Assembly (NCBI GenBank): GCA_038223395.1
Contig: JBBRGZ010000003.1
Location: 1-40,834, forward strand
Length of the DNA: 40,834 bases
Direction of reading: 5' to 3'
Source of the DNA: Chitinophagales bacterium
GTDB lineage: Bacteria; Bacteroidota; Bacteroidia; Chitinophagales; BACL12
Positions 1 through 9,450 of the stretch are shown in pieces (position 1 is the first letter of the stretch; every line of letters starts with the position of its first letter). The position numbers and the translations under genes are program-made. Under the pieces are notes generated by a model. That model ran no database searches. It was given only the letters and a program-made list of their open reading frames with translations, and was not told the DNA's origin.

Positions 1-1
1 A

Positions 2-775
2 TGTGCATCCGGCGTAAGCGATACCTTAACTATTAATGTATATGATGCGCTGCCTCTTGTTGTTTCAAATGATACAATAGTGTGTCCAAACGGCACTGCA
101 ATTTTAACGGTAAGTGGCGCAGATACTTATTCTTGGTCGCCTTCGGAAACACTTAGTGACCCGTTGGATGATTATACTGAAGCATATCCACTTGAGCCAA
201 CAATGTATACAGTGGTTGCAACGAGATATACTTGTGTAAATTCTGATTCGGTTTTCGTTAATATTTATCCATCAACCGCTAATGCCGGCAACGATACTTT
301 AATTTATTTTGGGGAGATGGCATTTTTAGATGCAGATGGCGGCGTTTCTTATGTATGGTCGCCACCAACGGCGCTCAGCGACCCATTTATAGAAAATCCT
401 ACTGCGCAACCTGATGAAACTATTGATTATACAGTAACTGTTACCACCGACATCGGATGTGTATTTACCGATCAGATGGAAGTGTTAGTAGTGCAACCAA
501 AAGCCGTAATCATTCCAAATGCCTTTACGCCAAATGGCGATGGTGTAAATGATTTATTACATATTTCTACTTTTGTGAATGTAGATTTAAATTCATTTTG
601 TATTTTTAACCGTTGGGGACAAAAAATGTTTGAAACAAATGATATATCAGCAGGCTGGGATGGAAAATACAATAGTATTGACCAGGAAATCGGCGCTTAT
701 ATGTATATATTTGTGGGGACAGATGATTCTAACTTTGAAATAATTAACCAAGGAACAATAACTTTACTTAGATAA
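2..775 (+). CDS. T9SS type B sorting domain (gliding motility-associated C-terminal domain) protein, 5'-partial
   Basis: The frame is open from base 2, so the gene starts before the window. It has repeated Ig/PKD-like units (YSWSP...TMYTVVAT, ANAGND...YVWSP...YTVTVT) and the C-terminal IPNAFTPNGDGVND...IFNRWG...GWDG...G.Y.Y...G.ITLLR signature. It is directly followed by a PorP/SprF gene. Confidence 0.93.
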   Translation, partial: CASGVSDTLTINVYDALPLVVSNDTIVCPNGTAILTVSGADTYSWSPSETLSDPLDDYTEAYPLEPTMYTVVATRYTCVNSDSVFVNIYPSTANAGNDTLIYFGEMAFLDADGGVSYVWSPPTALSDPFIENPTAQPDETIDYTVTVTTDIGCVFTDQMEVLVVQPKAVIIPNAFTPNGDGVNDLLHISTFVNVDLNSFCIFNRWGQKMFETNDISAGWDGKYNSIDQEIGAYMYIFVGTDDSNFEIINQGTITLLR

Positions 776-794
776 ATATTAAAATAAATAACCA

Positions 795-1811
795 ATGATG
801 AAGATTTACAAAATCGCGTTTTTTACAGCTTGCATGGCTGTTGGTATTTTACAGGCTCAGGACATTCACTTCTCACAGTATAATGCCGCTCCCTTAGCAC
901 TAAATCCGGCTCTTACCGGTGTTAATGCATGCGATTGGAGAGCAGGGGTAACCTACCGCAATCAATGGAATCAAGTTACCACTCCTTATGTAACTTACGA
1001 AGCATTTTTTGACATGCCAATTGTCAAACAAATCGGTACCGCAAGCAAATTAACAGGGGGATTATTATTATACAACGATGTGTCTGGTGATGGCAATCTG
1101 AATAATTTGAGCATAATGGCTTCTACAGCATATGTTCTTGGATTTGGAAGAACTAATCACACGCTTTCACTTGGTTTACAAGGGGGACTAATGCAAAAAT
1201 CGTTGGATTTTCAAGCATTAAGATGGCCAAATCAGTGGGATGGCAATGAATTTAATGCGCTCATTGACCCCAATGAACCGGGTTTAGCAGATAATGTAAT
1301 GCGTTTTAATATGAGCTCCGGTTTAGCTTATCACAACGAAGTTTCTAAAAAATTCAATATCACAGGTGGAGTTGCTTTATTTAATTTAGTGTCTCCAAAA
1401 GAAAGTTTTCTATTGGATGATCAAAATACATTAGGTCCACGTGTTGTTGGGCATTTAAAAGCTGGATTTACTTTCGATGGTAAATATGGATTTATTCCTT
1501 CAGTATTATATCAAACACAGTCTGGTGCTAAAGAAACAATAGTAGGTGCAGACCTCGGATATTTTTTAAATAGCTCAAGTTTTCCTGCAACTTTTTATCT
1601 TGGCGGACATTATCGTTTAGATGATGCTATAATTGCAACTGTTGGATTAGATTATAAAAACTTCCGCTTTGGTGCAAGTTATGATATCAATACATCAACA
1701 CTTAAAGAAGCAAGTAGCGGTAGAGGTGGTATAGAATTATCGCTTGTTTATACAGGATGTATTTTACCTGTTATTCCATCACGTTACGAAATGCCTTGTC
1801 CTCGTTATTAA
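795..1811 (+). CDS. PorP/SprF family T9SS outer-membrane beta-barrel protein
   Basis: Signal peptide, then AQDIHFSQY..APL.LNPALTG and YRNQW, with C-terminal G.SYDIN.S.L...S.G.GG.E.SL.Y. It occupies the canonical position after a type B cargo gene. Confidence 0.93.
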   Translation: MMKIYKIAFFTACMAVGILQAQDIHFSQYNAAPLALNPALTGVNACDWRAGVTYRNQWNQVTTPYVTYEAFFDMPIVKQIGTASKLTGGLLLYNDVSGDGNLNNLSIMASTAYVLGFGRTNHTLSLGLQGGLMQKSLDFQALRWPNQWDGNEFNALIDPNEPGLADNVMRFNMSSGLAYHNEVSKKFNITGGVALFNLVSPKESFLLDDQNTLGPRVVGHLKAGFTFDGKYGFIPSVLYQTQSGAKETIVGADLGYFLNSSSFPATFYLGGHYRLDDAIIATVGLDYKNFRFGASYDINTSTLKEASSGRGGIELSLVYTGCILPVIPSRYEMPCPRY

Positions 1812-1855
1812 TTTTGTGAAACAAACTGAATATTCAATCGAAAAAGAAATATAGT

Positions 1856-4510
1856 ATGAAAAAAATATTTGTTATAATCACCACCATGTTATTTGCAGTT
1901 TCTGTAAATGCACAAGTGCATGATCCGGAATTGGATAAAATGAATTCAACACGCCAAATTATGTATGGCGATGCATTAATGTCTGCGGGTAGTTATTATG
2001 GTGCTCAAGATGCCTATAAACTTTCTTACGAAAAAGATGCATCTCAAGAAGCTGCTTATAAATTAGCGCGTGCATATTATTTAGCACGCAATTACAAGGA
2101 TGCAGAAAAATGGTATAAAACTGCAATTGATGCGGGTAAGTCAAAAGACAATTATCCAGATGCAGGCTTTTATTATGCAATGAGTTTAAAATCAAATGGA
2201 AAATACCCCGAAGCGTTAGAATCTTTTAAACTCGTTTCGAAAAACTCAAAATTAAAAGGAGCAACTGCAACGATATTAAAACGCCAAGCAAAAAATGAAA
2301 TTAAAGGTTGTGAATTAGCAATGGAACTTACAAAAGATCCTGCAATAGTTAATGTTGAACACCTTGGTGCAAACGTAAATAATAATTATACAGATTTTTC
2401 TCCTGTATATAATCCGGATAATAATTTAACCTATGCTGCATTAGTTTCTGAAAATGTAATTGATATGGGTCAGCAACAAAAAACAGAATTGCGTTCAAGA
2501 ATTTTTGAAGCGGAAGCTGATGGCGATTCATGGATGAAATCAAAACAAATTGCTGCTCCTTTTAATAAAGGCGATGCACATACAGGAAATGGTGCTTATT
2601 CACCCGACGGAAAAAGATTTTATTATACTGAATGCAATCCGAACGACTCATTAGTAATGATATGTAAGATTTACGTAAGCGAATTTGAAAGTGGCGAATG
2701 GCAAAATGGAAAAAATGTAGATCAAGTTAATAGTGCTGATTTTACATCAACACATCCTTCATTGGGAACTTATAAAGGAAAAGAAATTTTATATTTCTCA
2801 TCAACCCGTCCAGGTGGTCGTGGCGGAATGGATTTATGGTATGTAGAAGTACAGAATAAAGGTAAATCATACTCAAATCCAATCAACCTTGGAACAAAAA
2901 TTAATACAGTTGGTGATGAGATTACACCTTTCTATAATAATGAACAAGGCGTTTTGTATTTCAGCTCAAACGGTCAGATTACTACAGGTGGATTAGACAT
3001 TTTTAAAACAGAAGGTGGCATGAAATCTTTTGAAGCACCTCAAAATATGGGCTTACCATTTAATAGCCCTGTGGATGATTTTTATTATTCAACAAATGAA
3101 TCAGGCAAGAAAGGATTTTTTGTTTCAAATCGTAAAGGTGGATTTTCTGTAAAAAGCGAAACTTGTTGCGACGATATTTATTCATATAAATATCCACCCG
3201 AATTTGTTATCATGGCAAGAGCAATTGATAACGTTACACAAGAAGTAATTTTTGGAGCAGGTATGGACCTCATGCAGTCTGGATCTAAAAAAGATTCTGC
3301 AGTTTCTAAAACTACAAATATGTATGAAGATTTTTTTGTAGGAACAGCTCAAGATAAATTTGAAATTACTGCTTATAAAGCAAAATACAAAAATGGTCGC
3401 GCAACAACTTCAACAATAGGTCTTAAAGATAATGATACCTTATATGTAGATATTATGATGGAACCCATCATAGAATTGAAACCAATTGAAGTAAAAAATA
3501 TTTATTATCCTTTAAACAAATGGGATTTAACGCCTGAATCTTTCAGAGCATTAGACTCTATGTATAATGTACTTGCGTTAAGTCCGCAATTAAAAGTTGA
3601 AATCGGTTCGCACACTGACAGTAGAGATACTGAAGAGAAAAATAAAATCCTTTCTCAGCATCGTGCCGATACAGTTGTGAGTTATTTAATTTCTAGAGGA
3701 ATTAATCCGGATAGATTAGTTGCAGCAGGTTACGGTGAGTCACATCCTAAAACACTTTCTGAAGATTTTACAGTTACAAGCGGAAAAGTAATTCCTAAAG
3801 GAACAGTTTTAGAAGAAGTATTTATCAATAAATTTAAAGGTCAGGATTACGAAGATTTACATCAGTTAAACAGAAGAACTGAATTTACTATCATTGGTAT
3901 TATTCCAAATGCAATCATCACTTACGATGAAGCAACGATGGAAGCAAATGAAGCACGTAAACGTGAGCTTGAAGACAAACGTAAAAAACAACTACAGGAC
4001 TTACAGCAAGTTGACGAAACTGATGACGTTGAATCTCCCGCAGATAAAACTACAAATACAAAAACAACAACTGATAAAACAGATAAAAAAACAACTACAA
4101 CTACTACAACATCTGGATCTGCACTTGATGCAACCTTAACAAAAAAAGGCAATATGTATGAAGGAACAGCAACAGTTAATGGTAAACAGGAAACTAAATA
4201 CATTTTAAATTTAAGTCCAAGTCTTACTATTGCAATGGTTGGTAAAGAATATTTTATTAAATTATGGGAAGCAGGTTTAATTACCGAAGCCGATATTAAA
4301 AATGATAAACCAACCGACCTTGGAAATGGAACTACTATTAAAGGTGACATTTTCACAATTAAAACACTGCAGATTGGAGAGGTTACATTAAATAATGTTG
4401 ATACTAAAATCAATCTAACGAGCACACAAAATTTAATTGTAGGAGTTAAAGTTGCAGAGAAGAACGGTTGTTCATTTGATGCAGCAAAAGCGAAATTTAA
4501 ATGTAAATAA
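1856..4510 (+). CDS. PorE-like OmpA family protein (TPR - PD40 propeller - carboxypeptidase-regulatory-like - OmpA_C) with an extra C-terminal domain
   Basis: N-terminal TPR helices, PD40 repeats (YFSSTRPGGRGGMDLW, LYFSSNG...GGLDIF) and OmpA motifs (IGSHTDSR, LSQHRA, GYGE, NRRTEF). These are followed by a Thr/Lys-rich linker and a ~125-aa extension. Confidence 0.88.
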   Translation: MKKIFVIITTMLFAVSVNAQVHDPELDKMNSTRQIMYGDALMSAGSYYGAQDAYKLSYEKDASQEAAYKLARAYYLARNYKDAEKWYKTAIDAGKSKDNYPDAGFYYAMSLKSNGKYPEALESFKLVSKNSKLKGATATILKRQAKNEIKGCELAMELTKDPAIVNVEHLGANVNNNYTDFSPVYNPDNNLTYAALVSENVIDMGQQQKTELRSRIFEAEADGDSWMKSKQIAAPFNKGDAHTGNGAYSPDGKRFYYTECNPNDSLVMICKIYVSEFESGEWQNGKNVDQVNSADFTSTHPSLGTYKGKEILYFSSTRPGGRGGMDLWYVEVQNKGKSYSNPINLGTKINTVGDEITPFYNNEQGVLYFSSNGQITTGGLDIFKTEGGMKSFEAPQNMGLPFNSPVDDFYYSTNESGKKGFFVSNRKGGFSVKSETCCDDIYSYKYPPEFVIMARAIDNVTQEVIFGAGMDLMQSGSKKDSAVSKTTNMYEDFFVGTAQDKFEITAYKAKYKNGRATTSTIGLKDNDTLYVDIMMEPIIELKPIEVKNIYYPLNKWDLTPESFRALDSMYNVLALSPQLKVEIGSHTDSRDTEEKNKILSQHRADTVVSYLISRGINPDRLVAAGYGESHPKTLSEDFTVTSGKVIPKGTVLEEVFINKFKGQDYEDLHQLNRRTEFTIIGIIPNAIITYDEATMEANEARKRELEDKRKKQLQDLQQVDETDDVESPADKTTNTKTTTDKTDKKTTTTTTTSGSALDATLTKKGNMYEGTATVNGKQETKYILNLSPSLTIAMVGKEYFIKLWEAGLITEADIKNDKPTDLGNGTTIKGDIFTIKTLQIGEVTLNNVDTKINLTSTQNLIVGVKVAEKNGCSFDAAKAKFKCK

Positions 4511-4527
4511 ATAAAATTTTAGATACT

Positions 4528-4569
4528 AAAAACGAGGCTGTCTTATTGTAGATAGCCTCGTTTTTTTTT
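4528..4569 (+). terminator. Intrinsic terminator of the T9SS operon (possibly bidirectional)
   Basis: AAAAACGAGGCTGTCT-tattgt-AGATAGCCTCG followed by a T run, starting 18 nt after the stop codon. Confidence 0.88.
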
Positions 4570-5049
4570 ATATCATGGTTGTTTATCCCAAATTTAAAAA
4601 CAAAGTGGGTTGCAGAAAGAAGCTGCTAGCTTCCGGAAGTTTTTCATTCAATATTCAATTTTTGGTTTTTTGAAATAGGATTATTTCTAATATTTCTCCT
4701 TCCTGTTTAATGGTAACGATGCGTTTTATTGTTCGATACCTTTTTCTTGATAAAAAGGTATCACCAAAATCAAGGCTACGCTCACCAATGCACAAATCCC
4801 TAAAACGAAATTCACTGAGCGCAAAAGAGGTCCGGATTGGATAGATTTAAATTCTTTTAAAAATCATTGTTATTTTAATATTAGTATTTCCTCAAACCAT
4901 TTGACGGACTGGCTTTTGCTTCCATTCTGCACGCACCTAATAATGAGTGGCGGTGAATTTCATTTAAGGGCTTTGGCATTGGCAGCTAATGCCGGTCCTT
5001 TTTCTTCCAAGGTAGTTTTATTAAAAATTTAAGTTAGAGCAAATAAATA

Positions 5050-5113
5050 GAAACGCCGCAGCATTGTCTCTTCTTCAAATAAAATCAATTAAACCAGAAG
5101 GACACTGCTGCTA
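5050..5113. repeat. REP-like palindromic intergenic element, copy 1
   Basis: 54/64 identical (ungapped, counted by eye) to 12962-13025. Imperfect inverted arms GCAGCATTGTCTCTTC ... GAAGGACACTGCTGC. Confidence 0.75.
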
Positions 5114-5160
5114 CTTATTATCACAGAACGGCAGCAATTATAAATTAGTTAGTAGAGACT

Positions 5161-5192
5161 CACTGGCGCACGCGTCTCTGCTTGTGCCAGTG
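5161..5192. repeat. GC-rich hairpin (REP-like or terminator-like) downstream of the DUF423 gene
   Basis: CACTGGCGCACGCGTCTCTGCTTGTGCCAGTG has perfect outer arms CACTGGC/GCCAGTG and no flanking U tract. Confidence 0.5.
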
Positions 5193-5206
5193 CTGTAAAC
5201 AAAATA

Positions 5207-5620
5207 TCAATCCTTCTTTTTATTGCCTGAAGCAAAAAACAATAAACACCATCCAAGGATAAAACTCAATCCACCTAAAGGTGTAATTGCACCTAGCCAG
5301 GTTAATCTGTTCCCAAAAATAAATTGTGAAAGCGAAAGCAGATATAAACTTCCTGAAAACAATACTATGCCGATGAGAAATGCATTTACTGCATAATTTT
5401 TTAATTTTGGTTTTAGTATATCGCCTAGAGCAGAAACTCCAATCAAGGCAAAGGTGTGATAAAATTGGTAACGCACAGCCGTTTCAAAAATGCCAATATC
5501 TTCTGAAGTCATTTTGCCGGCATCTTCTAAACTGTGTAAGCCATGCGCAGCAAAGGCGCCAAGGGCAACTGAAAGTGCACCGGAAACTGCGGCGCAACGT
5601 ATAATTTGTTTTTGGTTCAT
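5207..5620 (-). CDS. DUF423 (YgdD/TMEM256) family membrane protein
   Basis: V.LGAF.AHGL, FETAVRYQFYH, G..LFSGSLY.L and LGAITPLGG..FI.GW motifs. Confidence 0.93.
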   Translation of the reverse strand: MNQKQIIRCAAVSGALSVALGAFAAHGLHSLEDAGKMTSEDIGIFETAVRYQFYHTFALIGVSALGDILKPKLKNYAVNAFLIGIVLFSGSLYLLSLSQFIFGNRLTWLGAITPLGGLSFILGWCLLFFASGNKKKD

Positions 5621-5670
5621 ACTTGCATTTTAGTGTGCATATATAGATGAGCGTAAATCAAAATTCGATA

Positions 5671-5686
5671 TAGCTTTGCAAAGGTA
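5671..5686. promoter_or_regulatory. Two abutting Bacteroidota -7 promoter boxes for divergent genes
   Basis: TAGCTTTG on + (5671-5678) and TACCTTTG on - (5679-5686) both match TAnnTTTG. Confidence 0.65.
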
Positions 5687-5697
5687 ATCAACACAAA

Positions 5698-8292
5698 ATG
5701 GCGCGGAGAAAAATTGGAGTAATTGTAGGAATTTTAGCTGTTATTGCTTTTATTGCAGTGTATCTTTTGTTTTTTAATAAACGCAATGAAACTGTAATTT
5801 ACGGAATGCCTCAGGATGTGCTTTGTTTTTTTGACGTGAAAAATATTGACGCTTTTGATCCAGTTAAGCAAGAAAATGTTATTATCAACGAACTTTCAAA
5901 TCTTCAAATAGTTGGTTCGCTGCAACAAAATTTTGATCTGTTTAATAAAGTATGCGGAACAAAAGCAGAATTGTTGAGCGATATTCTCAATCAAAACTTT
6001 TTGGCGGGCGCATTTCCCGGCGGAAAAAATACTATTGAGTATCTTTTTTTATTGCAATTGGATGAGGCAGCAAAAATAAAACTCAATCAATTTATTCCGG
6101 AATATAACGATGAAATGCCTACAGTTTCTAATCATAAATTTGAAAAAACGGAAATTTATGAATTCTATTATAGTAAAAATAAAATGCGCATTTCTGTTAC
6201 TAAGGAAGCCGGAGTTTTTATTTTTAGCACTTCAACTGTATTAGTAGAAAATGCAGTTAAACAATTAAAACAAGGTAATCCTGTAACTGAAAATAATGGA
6301 TTTAAAGAGGTTTACAATCATATAGATAAGAAGGCCGGATTTGTGTTTTATTTAAACACAGAACAACTCAGTAATTATTTGTCGGGATTTGCGCCAAATG
6401 AAAAATATGCTGTTGTTATGCAGATGCAAAAATATAATTCGTGGATAGGTGCCGAGCTCCACATTGCAGAAGCGGGGATTGCAATTAATGGTTACGCATC
6501 AGCAAAAAATAACTCCTCCGCTTTGCAATTAAGTGAATACACAGGCGAATATGCTATTGATATGCATCCCGTAATTCCTGCTAACACAGTTGTTTTATAC
6601 AGAATTAATGCTGATAATCTTATAGAAAATCTTGCGGCAGAATTCACAAATGAAAAATTAAATCGCGATTTTTTTGACTATTGGGCGCCGTGGATGAAAA
6701 ATAATTTGTTGATTGGTATTTCAGAATCTCTCGACAAAAATTTTCTTAACAAAACATTTTTAATCATTCCTGCAAACGATAAATTACTTGCAACAAATAA
6801 GCTCAAATATGCTATCATTTCAGATACAATTGTTTATCGCGACAATATTATTATGGAATTAAAGGCAGGAGATTTAATAAGTGGAATTGCAAAAGTAAAA
6901 TTCCCGGAAATAAATTATGCGGCTTGGTATCAAAACGATTTAATAATTACTACAGAAATTGCCCAACTGCGCAATATGTTGGATGCCGCAGAAAATGGCG
7001 AAACACTAGCAGAGGACGGAGAATATAATGAATTTAAAAATAATATTTCTTCCTCATTTAACACTTCGGTATATTTAAATTTGAGTAAAGCAGAACAAAT
7101 AATTGGTAGTTTTATTTCGGATAAAAATAGAGATTCTTTGGAACAAAATTTTAACCTTCTCCAAAAATTTCCGAAATTAGAAATTCAATTCAGCAACAGC
7201 AAACAAATTTATCTTATTAATGGATTTTTGAGTTACAACGCTGCGCCTAAAAGAAAAAACGGCGTTTTATGGAAATTACAAGTTGATTATCCTATCGAAA
7301 GCGGACCTTATACCGTATTTAATCAGGTTACCAATCAGAAAAGTATAATAGTGCAAGACACTGCACATCAAATGTATCTTATTTCGGCAAATGGTGATGT
7401 GTTGTGGAAGCAACAATTACCAAATAAGATAAGTGATGCAGTGCATGAGGTTGATTTTTATGGAAATGATAAAACGCAGATATTATTTAATACACCTGAT
7501 GCCATCTATTTAATGGATATGAATGGCAATGCAGTGGAAGGATTTCCTATTACCCTTACCTCAAAAATTACAAATCCAATTACTGTTTTAATGAATGCGA
7601 AGAACGATTATCGCATGTATGTAGCGTGTAATAACGATAATATTTATGGGTTTTATAAAGACGGAAAACCCATACCGGGTTGGAATCCTCAAAACGGAAC
7701 AGGCACCGTTACCCAACCATTATTTTCAGTAAAAGACAATAACGCAGATGCTATTGCATTTATTAATAATACAAGTATTCAAGTGCGCAAATCGAATGGA
7801 AAGGCAAATAGGAGTATTCCGATAAAAGGTAATGTAGTTTCAATTGCAAAGGAAAGCAATGCAACATACTTCATGCTGTCTACTGGCGATATAATTAAAG
7901 TAGATGCGCAACTTAACAGTAATACAACGTCCTACACCGGAAATTATATTACCGGTAATTTTGCGGATATAAATGCGGATGATACTACCGATATCATAAT
8001 GATTGACGATGGATATTTTAAAGCAAAAACGATAAGCGGTAAATCGTTGTTTGTTGCTGAAATAGATTCAATATATAAAAAAACAATTCGATATCATTTT
8101 AAAAATACCGATTATTTTGGCGTTGCATCTTCCTCAAATATTATTATTTTATTTTCTTCTGATGGCAAGGTTTATGATGGATTTCCTGTAAAAGGGAGCG
8201 CAAATTTTGTAATTGATGATATTACGAAAAATGGGGATAAAATGTTGGTTACAATTGCCAATAATACCCTTTATACCTATAGAATAAAATAA
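5698..8292 (+). CDS. Conserved hypothetical membrane-anchored protein (DUF3352-like N-terminus, C-terminal beta-propeller)
   Basis: 864-aa ORF with an N-terminal TM anchor. The C-terminal repeats (VQD....YLIS.NG.VLWK, VDFY.NDK.Q.LFNT, G..V.GFP) are typical of a propeller. The family name is tentative. Confidence 0.65.
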   Translation: MARRKIGVIVGILAVIAFIAVYLLFFNKRNETVIYGMPQDVLCFFDVKNIDAFDPVKQENVIINELSNLQIVGSLQQNFDLFNKVCGTKAELLSDILNQNFLAGAFPGGKNTIEYLFLLQLDEAAKIKLNQFIPEYNDEMPTVSNHKFEKTEIYEFYYSKNKMRISVTKEAGVFIFSTSTVLVENAVKQLKQGNPVTENNGFKEVYNHIDKKAGFVFYLNTEQLSNYLSGFAPNEKYAVVMQMQKYNSWIGAELHIAEAGIAINGYASAKNNSSALQLSEYTGEYAIDMHPVIPANTVVLYRINADNLIENLAAEFTNEKLNRDFFDYWAPWMKNNLLIGISESLDKNFLNKTFLIIPANDKLLATNKLKYAIISDTIVYRDNIIMELKAGDLISGIAKVKFPEINYAAWYQNDLIITTEIAQLRNMLDAAENGETLAEDGEYNEFKNNISSSFNTSVYLNLSKAEQIIGSFISDKNRDSLEQNFNLLQKFPKLEIQFSNSKQIYLINGFLSYNAAPKRKNGVLWKLQVDYPIESGPYTVFNQVTNQKSIIVQDTAHQMYLISANGDVLWKQQLPNKISDAVHEVDFYGNDKTQILFNTPDAIYLMDMNGNAVEGFPITLTSKITNPITVLMNAKNDYRMYVACNNDNIYGFYKDGKPIPGWNPQNGTGTVTQPLFSVKDNNADAIAFINNTSIQVRKSNGKANRSIPIKGNVVSIAKESNATYFMLSTGDIIKVDAQLNSNTTSYTGNYITGNFADINADDTTDIIMIDDGYFKAKTISGKSLFVAEIDSIYKKTIRYHFKNTDYFGVASSSNIIILFSSDGKVYDGFPVKGSANFVIDDITKNGDKMLVTIANNTLYTYRIK

Positions 8293-8301
8293 GTAATATC
8301 T

Positions 8302-8309
8302 TACATTTG
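8302..8309 (+). promoter_or_regulatory. Bacteroidota -7 box upstream of purC
   Basis: TACATTTG, 17 nt before the ATG. Confidence 0.55.
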
Positions 8310-8326
8310 TGTTTTAATCATTTTAG

Positions 8327-9262
8327 ATGACAGATAAAAAAGCGGATTATAAATTACCCGGAACAACGGCAACTTACCACGGTAAGGTGCGCGATGTGTA
8401 TACAATCAAGGATAAATATCTTGTCATGGTTGCCAGCGATCGCATTTCGGCTTTTGATGTCATTTTGCCAAGAACAATTCCATTTAAAGGCCAGGTATTA
8501 AATCAGCTTGCGGCATATTTTTTAGATGCTACAAAAGATATTGCACCCAATTGGTTGTTGCATGTTGCTGATCCTCGCGTTTCAATTGGTATAAAATGTT
8601 TGCCTGTAAAGGTGGAAATGGTTATTCGTGGTTATCTGGCAGGCCATGCCTGGAGAGAATATCAAGCCGGAAAAAGAATAATTTGCGGAGTTGTAATGCC
8701 AGATGGTATGCAGGAAAATGATAAATTTCCACAACCTATTATTACTCCAACTACAAAAGCAGATGCTGGCCATGATGCAGATATTTCTAAGGAAGAAATT
8801 TTAAAAAATAATATTATTACTCCGGATAAATATGATGTGATGGAATATTATACGCGTGCCTTATTTAAAAAGGGTTCTGAAATGGCAATGGAAAGAGGAC
8901 TCATTCTTGTGGATACAAAATATGAGTTTGGTTTGCATGATGGAAAAATCATTTTAATGGATGAAATTCATACGCCCGATTCGTCACGATATTTTTATTT
9001 GGAAGGATATGAAGAACGGCAGAAAAAAGGAGAGCATCAGAAACAACTTTCAAAAGAATTTGTAAGAGAATGGTTAATTGAAAATGATTTTATGGGTAAG
9101 GAGGGGCAAACGGTTCCGGAAATGGGAGATAAGTGGATTAAAACAATTTCTGACCGCTATATAGAGCTGTATGAAAAAATGACAGGAACTCAATTTTCGC
9201 CTTCTCAAAACGATAAAAAAACAATTGAACGCAATATTATTGGAAAATTAGGAGCGATGTAG
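8327..9262 (+). CDS. purC: Phosphoribosylaminoimidazole-succinocarboxamide (SAICAR) synthase
   Basis: [34 protein letters not shown]-like, [19 protein letters not shown] and LSKEFVR motifs. Confidence 0.97.
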   Translation: MTDKKADYKLPGTTATYHGKVRDVYTIKDKYLVMVASDRISAFDVILPRTIPFKGQVLNQLAAYFLDATKDIAPNWLLHVADPRVSIGIKCLPVKVEMVIRGYLAGHAWREYQAGKRIICGVVMPDGMQENDKFPQPIITPTTKADAGHDADISKEEILKNNIITPDKYDVMEYYTRALFKKGSEMAMERGLILVDTKYEFGLHDGKIILMDEIHTPDSSRYFYLEGYEERQKKGEHQKQLSKEFVREWLIENDFMGKEGQTVPEMGDKWIKTISDRYIELYEKMTGTQFSPSQNDKKTIERNIIGKLGAM

Positions 9263-9369
9263 TATTAGTAATCTATAATAAATAATCGCCTTTTTCATTT
9301 GACTTAAATTCAAGTTTGAAAATTGAATTTAAAAGTCCTCTCAAATAAATAATGGTATTAGAAAAAAAA

Positions 9370-9443
9370 TGACCCGGATTGGATTCGAACCAATGACCCC
9401 CAGCTTAGAAGGCTGATGCTCTATCCAGCTGAGCTACCGGGCC
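9370..9443 (-). tRNA. tRNA-Arg (anticodon UCU), CCA not encoded
   Basis: The reverse complement GGCCCGGTAGCTCAGCTGGATAGAGCATCAGCCTTCTAAGCTGGGGGTCATTGGTTCGAATCCAATCCGGGTCA folds as a cloverleaf. The anticodon loop is CT-TCT-AA and the T-loop is TTCGAAT. Confidence 0.96.
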
Positions 9444-9450
9444 GGAATTG

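Noticed and set aside
2-4126. Type B cargo - PorP/SprF - PorE operon as a novel system
   Set aside because: This gene arrangement is already established for T9SS type B substrates. Only the extra C-terminal domain is unusual and it is reported separately.
3922-4425. 167-aa antisense ORF with a poly-Val stretch, and the other short overlapping ORFs in the track
   Set aside because: They are shadows of well-supported genes on the opposite strand or in another frame. The poly-Val is the reverse complement of the Thr-rich linker.
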